Shown here: one piece after another, positions 21,628 through 33,122 of the stretch | Numbering within the stretch: the stretch's first letter is position 1 | Layout of the letters: every line of letters starts with the position of its first letter | Assembly: GCA_036272095.1 (NCBI GenBank) | Contig: DATAZI010000037.1 | Location: forward strand, 9,823-73,822 | Origin: Marmoricola sp. | Lineage (GTDB): Bacteria > Actinomycetota > Actinomycetes > Propionibacteriales > Nocardioidaceae | Length of the DNA: 64,000 bases | Direction of reading: 5' to 3' | The notes under the pieces: model-generated | The model's database searches: none | What the model was told of the DNA's origin: nothing | Seen by the model: only the letters and a program-made list of their open reading frames with translations | Position numbers and translations under genes: made by a program

Positions 21628-22881
21628 ATGACCGCTGGCCCTGATCCGATCCGGCTGACCGACCTCGCCGTCCCCGTCTTCTCCGCTGACGTCGAGGCGA
21701 TCTTCGACGTGATGGGCACGATGGCCCACGGCTTGCGGCTCGACTCCGACCAGCTGCATGCGATGGCCTGCGAGCAGGCCGGCGGTCTGAGCGACTTCGG
21801 CCCGCGCGACTACACCGAGCGCCTCGACATCCTCCTCGGCGCGATGCGCGGGATCGACGGACTGACCCCGGCCGGGCTGCTCAACCTGCACACCCAGGTG
21901 CTGCAGATGCTGAAGAACCGGCTGCTGCTCGTCGAACTGCTTGCCCGAGAGCCTGGGATCGCCGAGCTCGAGCTCCGCCCACCGCTGATCATCGCCGGGC
22001 TGCCACGGACCGGGACCACGCACCTGCACAACCTGCTCTCGGCCGGTCCGGTGTTCCGCTCGCTGCCGTACTGGGAGAGCGTCGAGCCGTTCCCGGTGGC
22101 CGCTGAGGCCGGCACCACCGAGCCGCGACGCGAGCGCACCTCCCAGGCGATCTGGTTCGCCGACGAGGCGATGCCGTACTTCAAGCGGATGCACGAGATG
22201 ACCACCGACCACGTGCACGAGGAGATCCAGCTGCTCGCCAACGACTTCTCGACGATGTTCTTCGAGACCATCGCCGAGGTCCCTGTCTGGCGCGACCACT
22301 ACCTCGCTTCAGACCAGACCCCGCACTACGCTCACCTGCGGCTCCAGCTCAAGGCGGCTCAGCACCTGCGCGAGCGGGAGCTCGGCGCCCGGCGCTGGCT
22401 GCTGAAGTCGCCGCAGCACCTCGAGCAGCTGCCGGTCCTCGCCGAGGTCTTCCCCGGCGCGGCCGTCGTGGTCACCCACCGCGACCCGGTGGCAGTCGTG
22501 GTGTCGATGGCCACGATGGCCGTCTACACCACACGGATGCACCGCTCGCCGGTGCCGGTCCAGCGGATCGCGTCGTACTGGGCCGATCGGATCGAGGCGA
22601 TGCTCGGCACCCTGGTGGCAACCCGCGACGTGCAGCCGGCCGACCGCTCGCTCGACGTACGCTTCGATGACTTCATGGCCGACGACCTCGCCACCGCGCG
22701 GACCGCCTACGCACTCGCCGGAGAGCAGGTGACTGAGGCCGCCGAGGCTGCGATGGCGGCGTACCGTGCCGGCCATCAGCGCGACCGGCACGGCCGGATC
22801 GACTACTCGGCTGCGGATATCGGGCTCGATGCCGAGGAGCTCCGCGGCCGGTTCGCGGCGTACACCGCGCGCTTCCTCTAG
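21628..22881 (+). CDS. Sulfotransferase family protein
   Basis: ATG 21628 after AGGAG; PAPS-binding GLPRTGTTHLH, WLLKSPQH, THRDP..VVSM. Confidence 0.92.
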   Translation: MTAGPDPIRLTDLAVPVFSADVEAIFDVMGTMAHGLRLDSDQLHAMACEQAGGLSDFGPRDYTERLDILLGAMRGIDGLTPAGLLNLHTQVLQMLKNRLLLVELLAREPGIAELELRPPLIIAGLPRTGTTHLHNLLSAGPVFRSLPYWESVEPFPVAAEAGTTEPRRERTSQAIWFADEAMPYFKRMHEMTTDHVHEEIQLLANDFSTMFFETIAEVPVWRDHYLASDQTPHYAHLRLQLKAAQHLRERELGARRWLLKSPQHLEQLPVLAEVFPGAAVVVTHRDPVAVVVSMATMAVYTTRMHRSPVPVQRIASYWADRIEAMLGTLVATRDVQPADRSLDVRFDDFMADDLATARTAYALAGEQVTEAAEAAMAAYRAGHQRDRHGRIDYSAADIGLDAEELRGRFAAYTARFL

Positions 22882-22890
22882 GGTCGGCCC

Positions 22891-23199
22891 ATGCTGGTGG
22901 TCAACCGCTTCCGTGCCGAGGACGAGTCCTTCCGCGACGACCTCGAGCAGGCGCACGGCGCACTCGCCGCGCGGCCGGGGTACGTCGACGGGACCGTCGG
23001 CCGCAACCTCGACGACCCAGGTTTGTGGACGCTGGTCACCCGGTGGGAGGACGTCGGCAGCTACCGGCGCGCGCTGTCGGCGTACGACGTGAAGCTGACC
23101 GCCGTGCCGACCCTGAGCCGGGCGATCGACGAGCCCAGCGCCTATGAGTTCGTTCTCCCGGGAGAAACCCTCAACGTGATCGACGCCCGCTCTCTGTAG
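22891..23199 (+). CDS. Antibiotic biosynthesis monooxygenase-like protein
   Basis: MLVVNRF...GRNLDDPGLWTLVTRWEDVGSYRRALS...DEPSAYE; commonly found upstream of glyQS. Confidence 0.85.
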   Translation: MLVVNRFRAEDESFRDDLEQAHGALAARPGYVDGTVGRNLDDPGLWTLVTRWEDVGSYRRALSAYDVKLTAVPTLSRAIDEPSAYEFVLPGETLNVIDARSL

Positions 23200-23255
23200 G
23201 CTGACCGCTTGGTCCGGCAGCCAGCCGGACCTCAGAGCAGGAGCGAGATCCCCCC

Positions 23256-24650
<1,395 letters not shown>

Positions 24651-24709
24651 TCCGCGCGGAGCGGCGATTCGAGGCCTCGAGCGTGGTGGGCGGAGTGCAC
24701 AATGTCCGG

Positions 24710-25351
24710 GTGATTCCGCTCGCTCGCGCTGCCGCCGTGCTCGTTGCCGCCTCGTTGCTCCTGACCGGCTGCGGCGGTGGCAATGTGCCGAAGAAGGCCA
24801 CCGCCTCGCCCTCGGCCGACGACCAGACCGAGGTGCCGGTCCCGGCGGGTGTGCACCTCACCGACTTCGGCACCGACCTCAAGTTCGGTCAGACCGCGAC
24901 GGTCGCCTACGAGCCCAACGAGCAGCGCAACACCGTCCTGCAACTGACGGTGAACTCCGCGGTCAAGGGCTCGATCGCGGACCTCTCGGCGTACACGCTG
25001 GAGGAGCGCACCAAGGAGTCGACGCCGTACTACATCCAGGTCACCGTCAAGAACATCGGCGAGGGTGACGTCGGGCAGACGCCGGTCCCGCTGTTCCTCG
25101 TCGACAGCAGCAACACCCTGATCTCTGCCTCGAGCTTCACCAACTCCTTCACCAAGTGCCCCTCGCTGCCGCTGCCCACGACGTTCGCGCCGCAGGCGAC
25201 GCTGACCACCTGCCTGGTCTACCTCGCGCCGGACCACGGCACGATGACCGGCGTCAGCTTCCGGGCTGTCCAGGAGAACGCTCCGATCCTGTGGACCGGG
25301 CCGCTGACCGTGCCCACGCCGCCGGCCAAGACGAAGAAGAAGAAGTCCTGA
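24710..25351 (+). CDS. Hypothetical lipoprotein
   Basis: Lipobox LTGC; two Cys; Lys tail; CACAAT 6 nt before GTG 24710 (an in-frame TTG at 24647 overlapping the glyQS stop is an alternative start). Confidence 0.75.
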   Translation: MIPLARAAAVLVAASLLLTGCGGGNVPKKATASPSADDQTEVPVPAGVHLTDFGTDLKFGQTATVAYEPNEQRNTVLQLTVNSAVKGSIADLSAYTLEERTKESTPYYIQVTVKNIGEGDVGQTPVPLFLVDSSNTLISASSFTNSFTKCPSLPLPTTFAPQATLTTCLVYLAPDHGTMTGVSFRAVQENAPILWTGPLTVPTPPAKTKKKKS

Positions 25352-26490
25352 CCTCCCTGGCCCACCCAGGTCTGCACCTCGGCTCGGTCCATGTCGAGGT
25401 CCCGGTGGTGCTCGCCCCGATGGCGGGGATCACCAACGCGGCGTACCGGCGCCTGTGCCGCGAGCAGGGCGCCGGGCTCTATGTCTGCGAGATGATCACC
25501 AGCCGCGGGCTTGTCGAGGGCGACGCCACCACCAAGGCGATGCTGGTCTTCGACGAGCTCGAGGACGTCCGCTCGGTCCAGCTCTACGGCACCGACCCGA
25601 GCTACATCGGCAAGGCCACCGAGATCCTCTGCGCCGAGTACGGCGTCGCCCACGTCGACCTCAACTTCGGCTGCCCGGTGCCGAAGGTGACTCGCAAGGG
25701 CGGGGGTGCCGCGTTGCCCTGGAAGCGGAACCTGCTCGGTGAGATCCTCGCCGCCGCTGTCGGTGCCGCCTCCCGGTACGACGTGCCGGTGACCATGAAG
25801 ACGAGGCTCGGGATCGACCCCGAGCACCTCACCTACCTCGACGCCGGCCGGATCGCAGAGGAGTCCGGGGCCGCGGCGATCGCGCTGCACGGCCGGACCG
25901 CCGTCCAGGGCTACTCCGGCAACGCCGACTGGGAGCCGATCGCCCGCCTCGTCGAGCATGTCGGCATCCCGGTGCTGGGAAACGGCGACATCTGGGAGGC
26001 GGGCGACGCGCTCGCGATGGTCGCCGAGACCGGCGCCGCCGGGGTCGTCGTGGGCCGTGGCTGCCTGGGCAGGCCCTGGCTCTTCCGCGACCTCGCTGCC
26101 GCGTTCACCGGCTCGGAGGTCCTGGTGCTTCCCGATCTCGGCGAGGTGCGCACGATGATGTACCGCCACGCCGAGCTGCTCAGCCAGCACATGGGCGAGG
26201 ACCGCGGCTGCAAGGAGTTCCGCAAGCACGTGTCCTGGTACCTCAAGGGATTCGGAGCCGGCGGCGAGCTCCGGCACGCCCTTGCCCTGGTGAGCACGTT
26301 GGCCGAGCTCGACACGCTTCTGGGCGAGCTCGACCCCGACGAGCCCTTCCCGCGCGTGATCCTCGGTACGCCGCGCGGGCGGCAGGGGAGCCCGCGCAAG
26401 CGGGTCGTCCTGCCCGAGGGCTGGCTCGACGACACCGACGGCACCGGCCTGGAGATGGCGGAAGATATTGACGAGGTCTCCGGCGGTTAG
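25348..26490 (+). CDS. dusB: tRNA-dihydrouridine synthase B
   Basis: VVLAPMAGIT, CEMIT, VQLYG, DLNFGCPVPKV, LHGRT, GNGDI, GRGCLGRPWLF; start may be CTG 25348. Confidence 0.93.
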   Translation: MTSLAHPGLHLGSVHVEVPVVLAPMAGITNAAYRRLCREQGAGLYVCEMITSRGLVEGDATTKAMLVFDELEDVRSVQLYGTDPSYIGKATEILCAEYGVAHVDLNFGCPVPKVTRKGGGAALPWKRNLLGEILAAAVGAASRYDVPVTMKTRLGIDPEHLTYLDAGRIAEESGAAAIALHGRTAVQGYSGNADWEPIARLVEHVGIPVLGNGDIWEAGDALAMVAETGAAGVVVGRGCLGRPWLFRDLAAAFTGSEVLVLPDLGEVRTMMYRHAELLSQHMGEDRGCKEFRKHVSWYLKGFGAGGELRHALALVSTLAELDTLLGELDPDEPFPRVILGTPRGRQGSPRKRVVLPEGWLDDTDGTGLEMAEDIDEVSGG

Positions 26491-26566
26491 ACCCGTCTAG
26501 CCTGATTGGCCAACAGCGGCGTTACCGTGTTGTGATGTTCGAGCCCTTTCGGGAGGGCATGCCCTG

Positions 26567-27397
26567 TTGTCGACGTTAGGACGCCAGGTGACCCGAGGCC
26601 GTCACAGCCTTGCTTCACGCAACGCCCGAGTTCAGCGACTCACCTTGATCACCGCTCCGCTGGTGACCTGTGCCGTGGTCGGCACCGGCATCGCGATGAG
26701 CGGCAGCGGAGCCCACGAGGTCGTGTTCAGCTCCTCAGGTGCGAAAGCGATCTCCGCCGCGATGTCGCAGCGCACCGCCGCCCTCTCGCGCAGCGCCAGC
26801 CGCGTCGTCGCCGCCCCGACCGTGACCCGCCGGCTCTGGACGACCGGCGATCTCGACCTCCGGCTGACACCGGAGACGAACGCCAGCACCCGCGGCGACG
26901 TCCCGAGCCTGCGCAAGGTCGGCGTCACCGGCGTACGCCGCAACGGCTACGCCCAGGTCGTCCTCGGCGCGAGGACCTACTGGGTCACTGCCGACTACCT
27001 CGCCGCGGCCAAGCCGACCGACCCCGCCGACCTGCCCCTGTCCGACAAGCCGTGCCCGAGCACCAGCGGCGTCGAGTACCGCCTCAAGCCCGGCGCGATC
27101 CGGGTCTGGGAGGCCGTGTGCAACAACTTCCCGCAGATCACCCAGTACGGCGGCTACGCCCCCCGCGGCGAGCACGCCGACGGCAAGGCGATCGACATCA
27201 TGACCAGCGACGTCAGCCTCGGTGACGAGATCGCCGCATTCCTGCAGGCCCACGCCGCCCAGCTCGACCTGTTCGACGTCATCTGGCGTCAGCACATCTG
27301 GACCCCGGTCCGCGCCAGCGAAGGCTGGCGCGCGATGCCGAGCCGCGGTTCTGAGACCGCGAACCACATGGACCACGTCCACGTGTCCACGAACTAA
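26567..27397 (+). CDS. Putative secreted cell-wall hydrolase (SH3-like domain plus zinc-peptidase-like domain)
   Basis: N-terminal TM/signal segment; WVTADYL SH3b-like motif; H-x6-D (EHADGKAID) and HxH (HMDHVHVS) metal motifs. Confidence 0.65.
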   Translation: MSTLGRQVTRGRHSLASRNARVQRLTLITAPLVTCAVVGTGIAMSGSGAHEVVFSSSGAKAISAAMSQRTAALSRSASRVVAAPTVTRRLWTTGDLDLRLTPETNASTRGDVPSLRKVGVTGVRRNGYAQVVLGARTYWVTADYLAAAKPTDPADLPLSDKPCPSTSGVEYRLKPGAIRVWEAVCNNFPQITQYGGYAPRGEHADGKAIDIMTSDVSLGDEIAAFLQAHAAQLDLFDVIWRQHIWTPVRASEGWRAMPSRGSETANHMDHVHVSTN

Positions 27398-27399
27398 GG

Positions 27400-27506
27400 C
27401 GACGCCGTACACGGCACCTGGCTGCGTTGCCGTCGCTCGACGGCCCTCTCGGCTCAAAGGTCGCCTTCCCTCCTCGCCTTGCCCTGCACCACCTCTGGCG
27501 TCGCTC
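27400..27506 (-). repeat. Dispersed ~110-bp intergenic repeat, copy 2
   Basis: cgacgccgtacacggcacctggctgcgttgccgtcgctcgacg...ctcctcgccttgcc...accacctctggcgtcgctc aligns with 52136-52252. Confidence 0.85.
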
Positions 27507-27568
27507 GAGTGCGGCCCGCGGTATTTCGCGCGCGGGAACAGGGCCGGCGCACCTAGGGTTGGGGGACT

Positions 27569-29422
27569 GTGAGCTCCCTGGACGTGACCGGCACTGCCGC
27601 GGCTGATCCCGAGGGGGCGACCCTGATGGACGGGTTCCGCGTCCTGGCGGTCGCGATCCGCCGGGAGCCGTGGATCTTCACGCTGTCCACGTTGGGCAGT
27701 GTGCTCTTCGGGGCGCTCACCGTTGCCGATGCCTGGGTTCTGGGCTGGTCCACCAACCACGTGCTGCTGCCCGCCTTCCACCATCACCGCACGACCACAT
27801 CCGGACTCGTACTCGCCGTGATCGGCCTCTTCGTCGGTGTCGCGGTGCTGCGCGCGGTCGGCATCGTGGCCCGCCGCCTCGGCGCCGGGGTGATGCAGTA
27901 CCGGCTGCAGGCGGCGTACCGCCGCGAGGTGACCGCCCAGTACCTGCGGCTGCCGATGGCCTGGCACCACCAGCACCCCACCGGGCAGCTGCTGTCGAAC
28001 GCCAATGCCGACGTGGAGGCTGCGTGGGCGCCGATCGCGCCGCTGCCGATGGCCGTGGGCACGATCGCGATGCTGGTGATCGCGGTGGCCCAGATGCTGC
28101 TGGTCGACCTGCGGATGGCGGGGGTCGGCCTGATGGTCTTCCCGCTGGTGACGCTGGCCACGCTCGCCTACCAGCACTACTCCTCGCCGCTGTTCACACG
28201 GATCCAGGCACTGCGGGCCGAGCTGTCGGAGGTCGCGCACGAGTCGTTCGACGGCGCTATGGTCGTCAAGACCCTCGGCCGGGAGAGCGAGGAGACCGAG
28301 CGCTTCGCGGCCAAGGCCCACGAGCTGCGCGACCTCGGCATCCGGGTCGGCCGCATCCGGGCGATGTTCGACCCGTTGCTGGAGGCGATCCCCAACCTCG
28401 GTGTCCTCGGAGTCCTCGGGGTCGGCGTCTGGGAGATCCGCCACGGCCAGGCGAACCCCGGTGCCGTCGTCACGATCGCCTACCTGCTCACGATCGTGGC
28501 GTTCCCGATCAGGTCGATCGGCTGGCTGTTCGGAGAGTTCCCGCGCTCGGTGGTCGGATTCCGACGGGTGACGCGGGTGCTCGAGGAGCCGGTGACCACG
28601 ACGTACGGCGACGCGCGCCTGGCCGCCTCTGCTCACGGCGCCGAGCTCGTTGTCGAAGGCCTCGGCTTCGGGTACCCGGCCGGTCAGCGGCTGCTGGCCG
28701 ACCTGTCGTTCACCGTCCCGGCCGGGCGGACCGTCGCGATCGTCGGAGAGACGGCCTCGGGCAAGAGCACCCTGACGACACTGCTGACCCGGCTGGTCGA
28801 CCCCGACTCCGGCAGGGTCCGGATCGACGGCACGGACCTGCGCGAGCTGGCTCCTGGCGAGCTCGCCCGGCACACGGCACTGGTGCCCCAGGCGGCGTTC
28901 CTCTTCGACGACACCGTCCGCGGCAACGTTGCACTCAGCGACGACGTCGCGGACGAGGACGTGTGGGCGGCGCTGCGGATCGCGCAGGCAGACGGCTTCG
29001 TCGCGGCGCTGCCGCACGGGCTGGACTCGCGGCTGGGAGAGCGGGGCACGACGCTCTCAGGCGGGCAGCGGCAGCGCCTGTCCCTTGCCCGGGCGCTGGT
29101 ACGCCGTCCCCGGCTGCTGATCATGGACGACGCCACCTCGGCCGTCGACCCCGAGGTGGAGGCCCGGATCCTGGGCGGGATCAGGCGCTCGCGGGACTCC
29201 GGGGACGGGTCCGAGGCGGCAGGATCGACCACGGCAGGGTCGACGCTGCTGCTGATCGCCTATCGCAAGGCGACGATCGGGCTTGCCGACGAGGTCCTGT
29301 TCCTTGACGGAGGCCGGATCGTCGACCGCGGCCCGCACGAGGAGCTGCTGGCGCGCAACGCGGCGTACGCGAACCTGGTGAACGCCTACGAGGCCGAAGC
29401 CGCCGAGGAGGTGGCCCCGTGA
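27569..29422 (+). CDS. ABC exporter, fused permease/ATPase subunit 1
   Basis: TM domain plus GETASGKST, LSGGQRQR, DDATSAVD (degenerate site). Confidence 0.93.
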   Translation: MSSLDVTGTAAADPEGATLMDGFRVLAVAIRREPWIFTLSTLGSVLFGALTVADAWVLGWSTNHVLLPAFHHHRTTTSGLVLAVIGLFVGVAVLRAVGIVARRLGAGVMQYRLQAAYRREVTAQYLRLPMAWHHQHPTGQLLSNANADVEAAWAPIAPLPMAVGTIAMLVIAVAQMLLVDLRMAGVGLMVFPLVTLATLAYQHYSSPLFTRIQALRAELSEVAHESFDGAMVVKTLGRESEETERFAAKAHELRDLGIRVGRIRAMFDPLLEAIPNLGVLGVLGVGVWEIRHGQANPGAVVTIAYLLTIVAFPIRSIGWLFGEFPRSVVGFRRVTRVLEEPVTTTYGDARLAASAHGAELVVEGLGFGYPAGQRLLADLSFTVPAGRTVAIVGETASGKSTLTTLLTRLVDPDSGRVRIDGTDLRELAPGELARHTALVPQAAFLFDDTVRGNVALSDDVADEDVWAALRIAQADGFVAALPHGLDSRLGERGTTLSGGQRQRLSLARALVRRPRLLIMDDATSAVDPEVEARILGGIRRSRDSGDGSEAAGSTTAGSTLLLIAYRKATIGLADEVLFLDGGRIVDRGPHEELLARNAAYANLVNAYEAEAAEEVAP

Positions 29423-31209
29423 CCGTCATGGACTCCGGTGAGGAGATCTCCGCATGGAGCACCCTCAAACGAGGTGCCGAGATCTCGCCCGAGCTCAAGG
29501 CCGGGTTCGCTGGCACGCTTGCGCTCGCCCTGCTCGGGACCGCCGGCCGCGTAGTCGTCCCGATCGCCGTGCAGCAGACGCTCGACAAGGGCGTGAACGG
29601 ACCGCACGGGGTCGACCTCGGCTTCGTCGGCGCGATGGCAGTGGCCTCGGCGCTCGCGATCGTGGTCACCGCGGTCTCGTCGTACCTGATGACCAAGCGG
29701 CTGTTCACCACCGCCGAGCGCGGACTGGCGACCCTGCGGATCAAGGCGTTCCGGCACGTCCACGATCTGCCGCTGCTCACCCAGAACACCGAGCGGCGCG
29801 GAGCACTGGTCTCGCGGGTGACCAGCGACGTGGACCAGGTCAGCGAGTTCCTCGTCTTCGGCGGCGTCATCGGGATCATCAGCATCGGCCAGATCCTGGT
29901 CGCGACGCTGATCATGCTGTTCTACAGCTGGCAGCTCACCATCGTCGTCTGGGTCTGCTTCGCTCCGCTGTTCGCTTCGCTGAAGTACTTCCAGCGGCGG
30001 CTCTCGGATTCCTACGGAGTGGTCCGGCAGATGGTCGGGCAGATGCTCTCGGTCGTCTCCGAGCCCGTGGTCGGTGCCCTCGTCGTGCGCACGCACGCGA
30101 TCGAGGACCGGACCCAGTCCCGGATCAACGAGTCGATCGCGCGCTACCAGGAGGCCAGCACCCGGGCCCAGAGCCTGACCGCGGTGTCGTTCTCGCTCGG
30201 CGGCCTGTCCGGCGGGCTGGCGAACGCCTTCGTGCTGGTGGTCGGGATCTGGCTGAGCCAGGGCCACCTCGGCGGCGGGCACCTCACCTCCGGCGACATC
30301 CTGGCTTTCTCGTTCCTGGTGACCCTGTTCGTCAGCCCGGTGCAGCTGGGCACCCAGGTGCTCACCGACGGGCAGAACGCGATCGCCGGCTGGCGCCGGG
30401 TGATCGGCATCCTGGACACGCCGGCCGACCTCGACGACCCGGGCCCTGAGGGCATCCAGCTCCCGCGTGGTGCCGTCAGCGTCGAGTTCGACCACGTCGA
30501 CTTCGCCTACCCCGAAGGTCCGCTGGTCCTGCGCGACGTGACCGAGCGGATCGATCCGGGCACCCGGGTCGCGGTGGTGGGGGAGACCGGCTCGGGCAAG
30601 ACCACCTTCGCCAAGGTGCTCACCCGGCTGATGGACCCGACGTCTGGGACGGTGCGGCTCGACGGCGAAGAGCTGACCCGGATCGACTTCGCGTCGCTGC
30701 GCCGCCGGGTGGTGCTGGTGCCTCAGGAGGGCTTCCTGTTCGACTCCACCCTCCTTGCGAACGCGCTGTACGGCGACCTCGATGCCGACCGGGACGGCGT
30801 ACGACGCGCCGTGGACGAGCTCGGCCTCGGGGACTGGCTCGACGGACTGCCGCACGGCCTGGACACCCGGGTCGGTCAGCGTGGCGAGTCGCTCAGCGCC
30901 GGGGAGCGCCAGCTGGTCGCGCTGATCCGTGCCCACCTCGCCGATCCGGACCTGCTGGTCCTCGACGAGGCCACCAGCGCCGTCGACCCGGCTCTGGAGA
31001 TGCGGATCGGCCGGGCGCTGGAGCGGTTGATGTCCGGCCGTACCAGCGTGACGATCGCGCACCGTCTCTCCACCGCACAGAACGCAGACGAGGTGATCGT
31101 CTTCGACCGTGGCGAGGTGGCGCAACGCGGCACCCATGCAGACCTGGTAGCGGCAGGTGGCGTCTACGGCCGCCTGTACGCATCCTGGGTCGCCCAGCAA
31201 TCCTCCTGA
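29419..31209 (+). CDS. ABC exporter, fused permease/ATPase subunit 2
   Basis: TM domain plus [32 protein letters not shown]. Confidence 0.93.
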   Translation: MTVMDSGEEISAWSTLKRGAEISPELKAGFAGTLALALLGTAGRVVVPIAVQQTLDKGVNGPHGVDLGFVGAMAVASALAIVVTAVSSYLMTKRLFTTAERGLATLRIKAFRHVHDLPLLTQNTERRGALVSRVTSDVDQVSEFLVFGGVIGIISIGQILVATLIMLFYSWQLTIVVWVCFAPLFASLKYFQRRLSDSYGVVRQMVGQMLSVVSEPVVGALVVRTHAIEDRTQSRINESIARYQEASTRAQSLTAVSFSLGGLSGGLANAFVLVVGIWLSQGHLGGGHLTSGDILAFSFLVTLFVSPVQLGTQVLTDGQNAIAGWRRVIGILDTPADLDDPGPEGIQLPRGAVSVEFDHVDFAYPEGPLVLRDVTERIDPGTRVAVVGETGSGKTTFAKVLTRLMDPTSGTVRLDGEELTRIDFASLRRRVVLVPQEGFLFDSTLLANALYGDLDADRDGVRRAVDELGLGDWLDGLPHGLDTRVGQRGESLSAGERQLVALIRAHLADPDLLVLDEATSAVDPALEMRIGRALERLMSGRTSVTIAHRLSTAQNADEVIVFDRGEVAQRGTHADLVAAGGVYGRLYASWVAQQSS

Positions 31210-31274
31210 CCGCCGAACGGACCCGTCCGCACCGCCGAGCGCACCGGTTCGGCGCCGTCGGCGATACTTGGGGG

Positions 31275-31643
31275 GTGACCTCCCTCGATCCCGCGATCGC
31301 CGCACGCCTCAAGCGCAACGACGCCGGCCTCGTGCCTGCCGTCGTCCAGCAGCACGACACCGGCGAGGTGCTGATGCTCGGGTGGATGGACGACGAGGCC
31401 CTGCACCGCACCCTGACGACTGGCCGAGGCACCTACTGGAGCCGCTCGCGCAGGGAGTACTGGGTCAAGGGCGAGACCTCGGGGCACGCCCAGCACGTCG
31501 TCGAGGTCCGCCTGGACTGCGATGGCGACACCGTCCTGGTCAAGGTCGACCAGGAGGGTCCCGCCTGCCACACCGGCGACCGGACCTGCTTCGAGGCCGA
31601 CCTGCTGGTCGACCTGCGCGCTGGGCTGACTGCCCGTGGCTGA
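31275..31643 (+). CDS. hisI: Phosphoribosyl-AMP cyclohydrolase
   Basis: [35 protein letters not shown]. Confidence 0.97.
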   Translation: MTSLDPAIAARLKRNDAGLVPAVVQQHDTGEVLMLGWMDDEALHRTLTTGRGTYWSRSRREYWVKGETSGHAQHVVEVRLDCDGDTVLVKVDQEGPACHTGDRTCFEADLLVDLRAGLTARG

Positions 31644-32292
31644 GCGCACCCGCAGCAACTTCGGGCCGATCCTCCTCGGGGGACTCGCCTCAGCGGCGCT
31701 GCTGGCCATCTCGGCGTCGCAGACCTGGCTCTACGCCAAGGCCGACGCCACCGGCCTGCCGGTGACCGCGAAGGTGTCCGGCTCGGACGCCGCCCCGCTG
31801 GCCCTCGCGCTGGGCCTGGTCGCACTGGCGTCCTGGGGCGTCATCCTGGTCTCCCGTACGACGATGCGCCGGATCGCCGCCGCGATCGGGATCGTGGCAG
31901 TCCTCGGCGTCCTCGTCGTCGTGGTCGGGCTGCATGCGCACAGCATCGCGGCCGAGCGGCTCAACACCCAGGGCGCCCAGACCGTCTCGAGCCTGACCCG
32001 CCGGCCTTGGTACTACCTGACCGGCGTCGCCGCCGTGGCCGAGCTGATCATGCTCGCCGGGGCAGTGCGGTTCGCGCCGACCTGGCCCACGATGAGCAGT
32101 CGGTACGACGCGCCTGGCGACCCCCTCGAGCCTGCGGCCGCGAAGCCCCAGCCTGATGAGGACCTCGCTGGCCTCGCGCTCTGGAAGGCGCTCGACGAGG
32201 GCGTCGACCCGACCCAGGCGCAGCCCCGGGAAGACGTCTCGCAGACGGGCGACGTGCCGGCCCCGGAACAAGCCGGACCAGCGTCCCCCTAG
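31636..32292 (+). CDS. Trp biosynthesis-associated membrane protein
   Basis: Four TM segments; WPTMSSRYD and [12 protein letters not shown] signature. Confidence 0.9.
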   Translation: MAERTRSNFGPILLGGLASAALLAISASQTWLYAKADATGLPVTAKVSGSDAAPLALALGLVALASWGVILVSRTTMRRIAAAIGIVAVLGVLVVVVGLHAHSIAAERLNTQGAQTVSSLTRRPWYYLTGVAAVAELIMLAGAVRFAPTWPTMSSRYDAPGDPLEPAAAKPQPDEDLAGLALWKALDEGVDPTQAQPREDVSQTGDVPAPEQAGPASP

Positions 32293-32362
32293 AATGCGCA
32301 GTGCCCGAATACGGGACACCGGAACTGCCCCCTTCCAGGCGCCTCAGCAAGGAGTCGAACGC

Positions 32363-32554
32363 ATGTCGGACAACCACGGGAACACCCCCGCCGCCTGGAC
32401 GGCCGTGATCATCGGCCTGAGCAGCTTCGTGGTCGGCGGCATCGGCCTGATGGCGTCGACGCTCGCGGTGTTCTGGGTCGGAGTCGCACTCACCCCGGTC
32501 GCGCTCGTCACGTTCTACGTGATGGTCCGCATGGGCTACCACAACACCCACTGA
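32363..32554 (+). CDS. HGxxPAAW family small membrane protein
   Basis: MSDNHGNTPAAWT; AAGGAG RBS; TAGAAT -10 at 32290. Confidence 0.9.
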   Translation: MSDNHGNTPAAWTAVIIGLSSFVVGGIGLMASTLAVFWVGVALTPVALVTFYVMVRMGYHNTH

Positions 32555-32562
32555 GCGCGGCG

Positions 32563-33003
32563 ATGACCGCGCTGGCGCTGCCCGGGCTCTCCTCGGAATC
32601 CCGCCTGCGCCGGCTCGGCAGCCCGCTCGGCACGGTCGCGGGCATCGGCATCGCGTCTCTGGCCCTGCACCTGCGCGACCCGCACCAGCATGGTGCCTGG
32701 GGGCTGTGCCCGTTCAAGGCGATGACCGGGCTGGACTGCCCGGGCTGCGGCGGGCTGCGCGCGGTCAACGACCTGACCCATGGCCAGATCGGCGCCGCGT
32801 TCCACAGCAACGCCCTCTTCGTCGGCTCGATCCCGCTACTCGCCGTCTTGTGGCTGGTCTGGGCGGCGCGGAGCTGGAACGGGTCGGGTGCGCTGGTCTC
32901 CGAGAGGGCTGCCCAACGGCTCCTGTACGCCGTGGTCGTGCTCGCCGTCGTCTTCGCGGTCTGGCGCAACACGCCGTGGGGCAGCGCGTACCGGGTTTCC
33001 TGA
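32563..33003 (+). CDS. DUF2752 membrane protein
   Basis: CPF..MTGLDCPGCGGLRAV.DL..G...AF.SN motif. Confidence 0.9.
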   Translation: MTALALPGLSSESRLRRLGSPLGTVAGIGIASLALHLRDPHQHGAWGLCPFKAMTGLDCPGCGGLRAVNDLTHGQIGAAFHSNALFVGSIPLLAVLWLVWAARSWNGSGALVSERAAQRLLYAVVVLAVVFAVWRNTPWGSAYRVS

Positions 33004-33122
33004 GCCGGCTCTCGTCCGTGCTCCGAACCGGCGCGAAATCTGCTCGACCGGCGTGAGAGCCTTTCCGGAGCGGTCCGGTCGAGGTCCGCAGCAGCCCTGT
33101 CCGTGATGCAAGCGAGGTCCTC

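Noticed and set aside
23200-23255. T-box or riboswitch upstream of glyQS
   Set aside because: Leader is only about 50 nt with one simple hairpin (GGTCCGGC/GCCGGACC); no T-box motif
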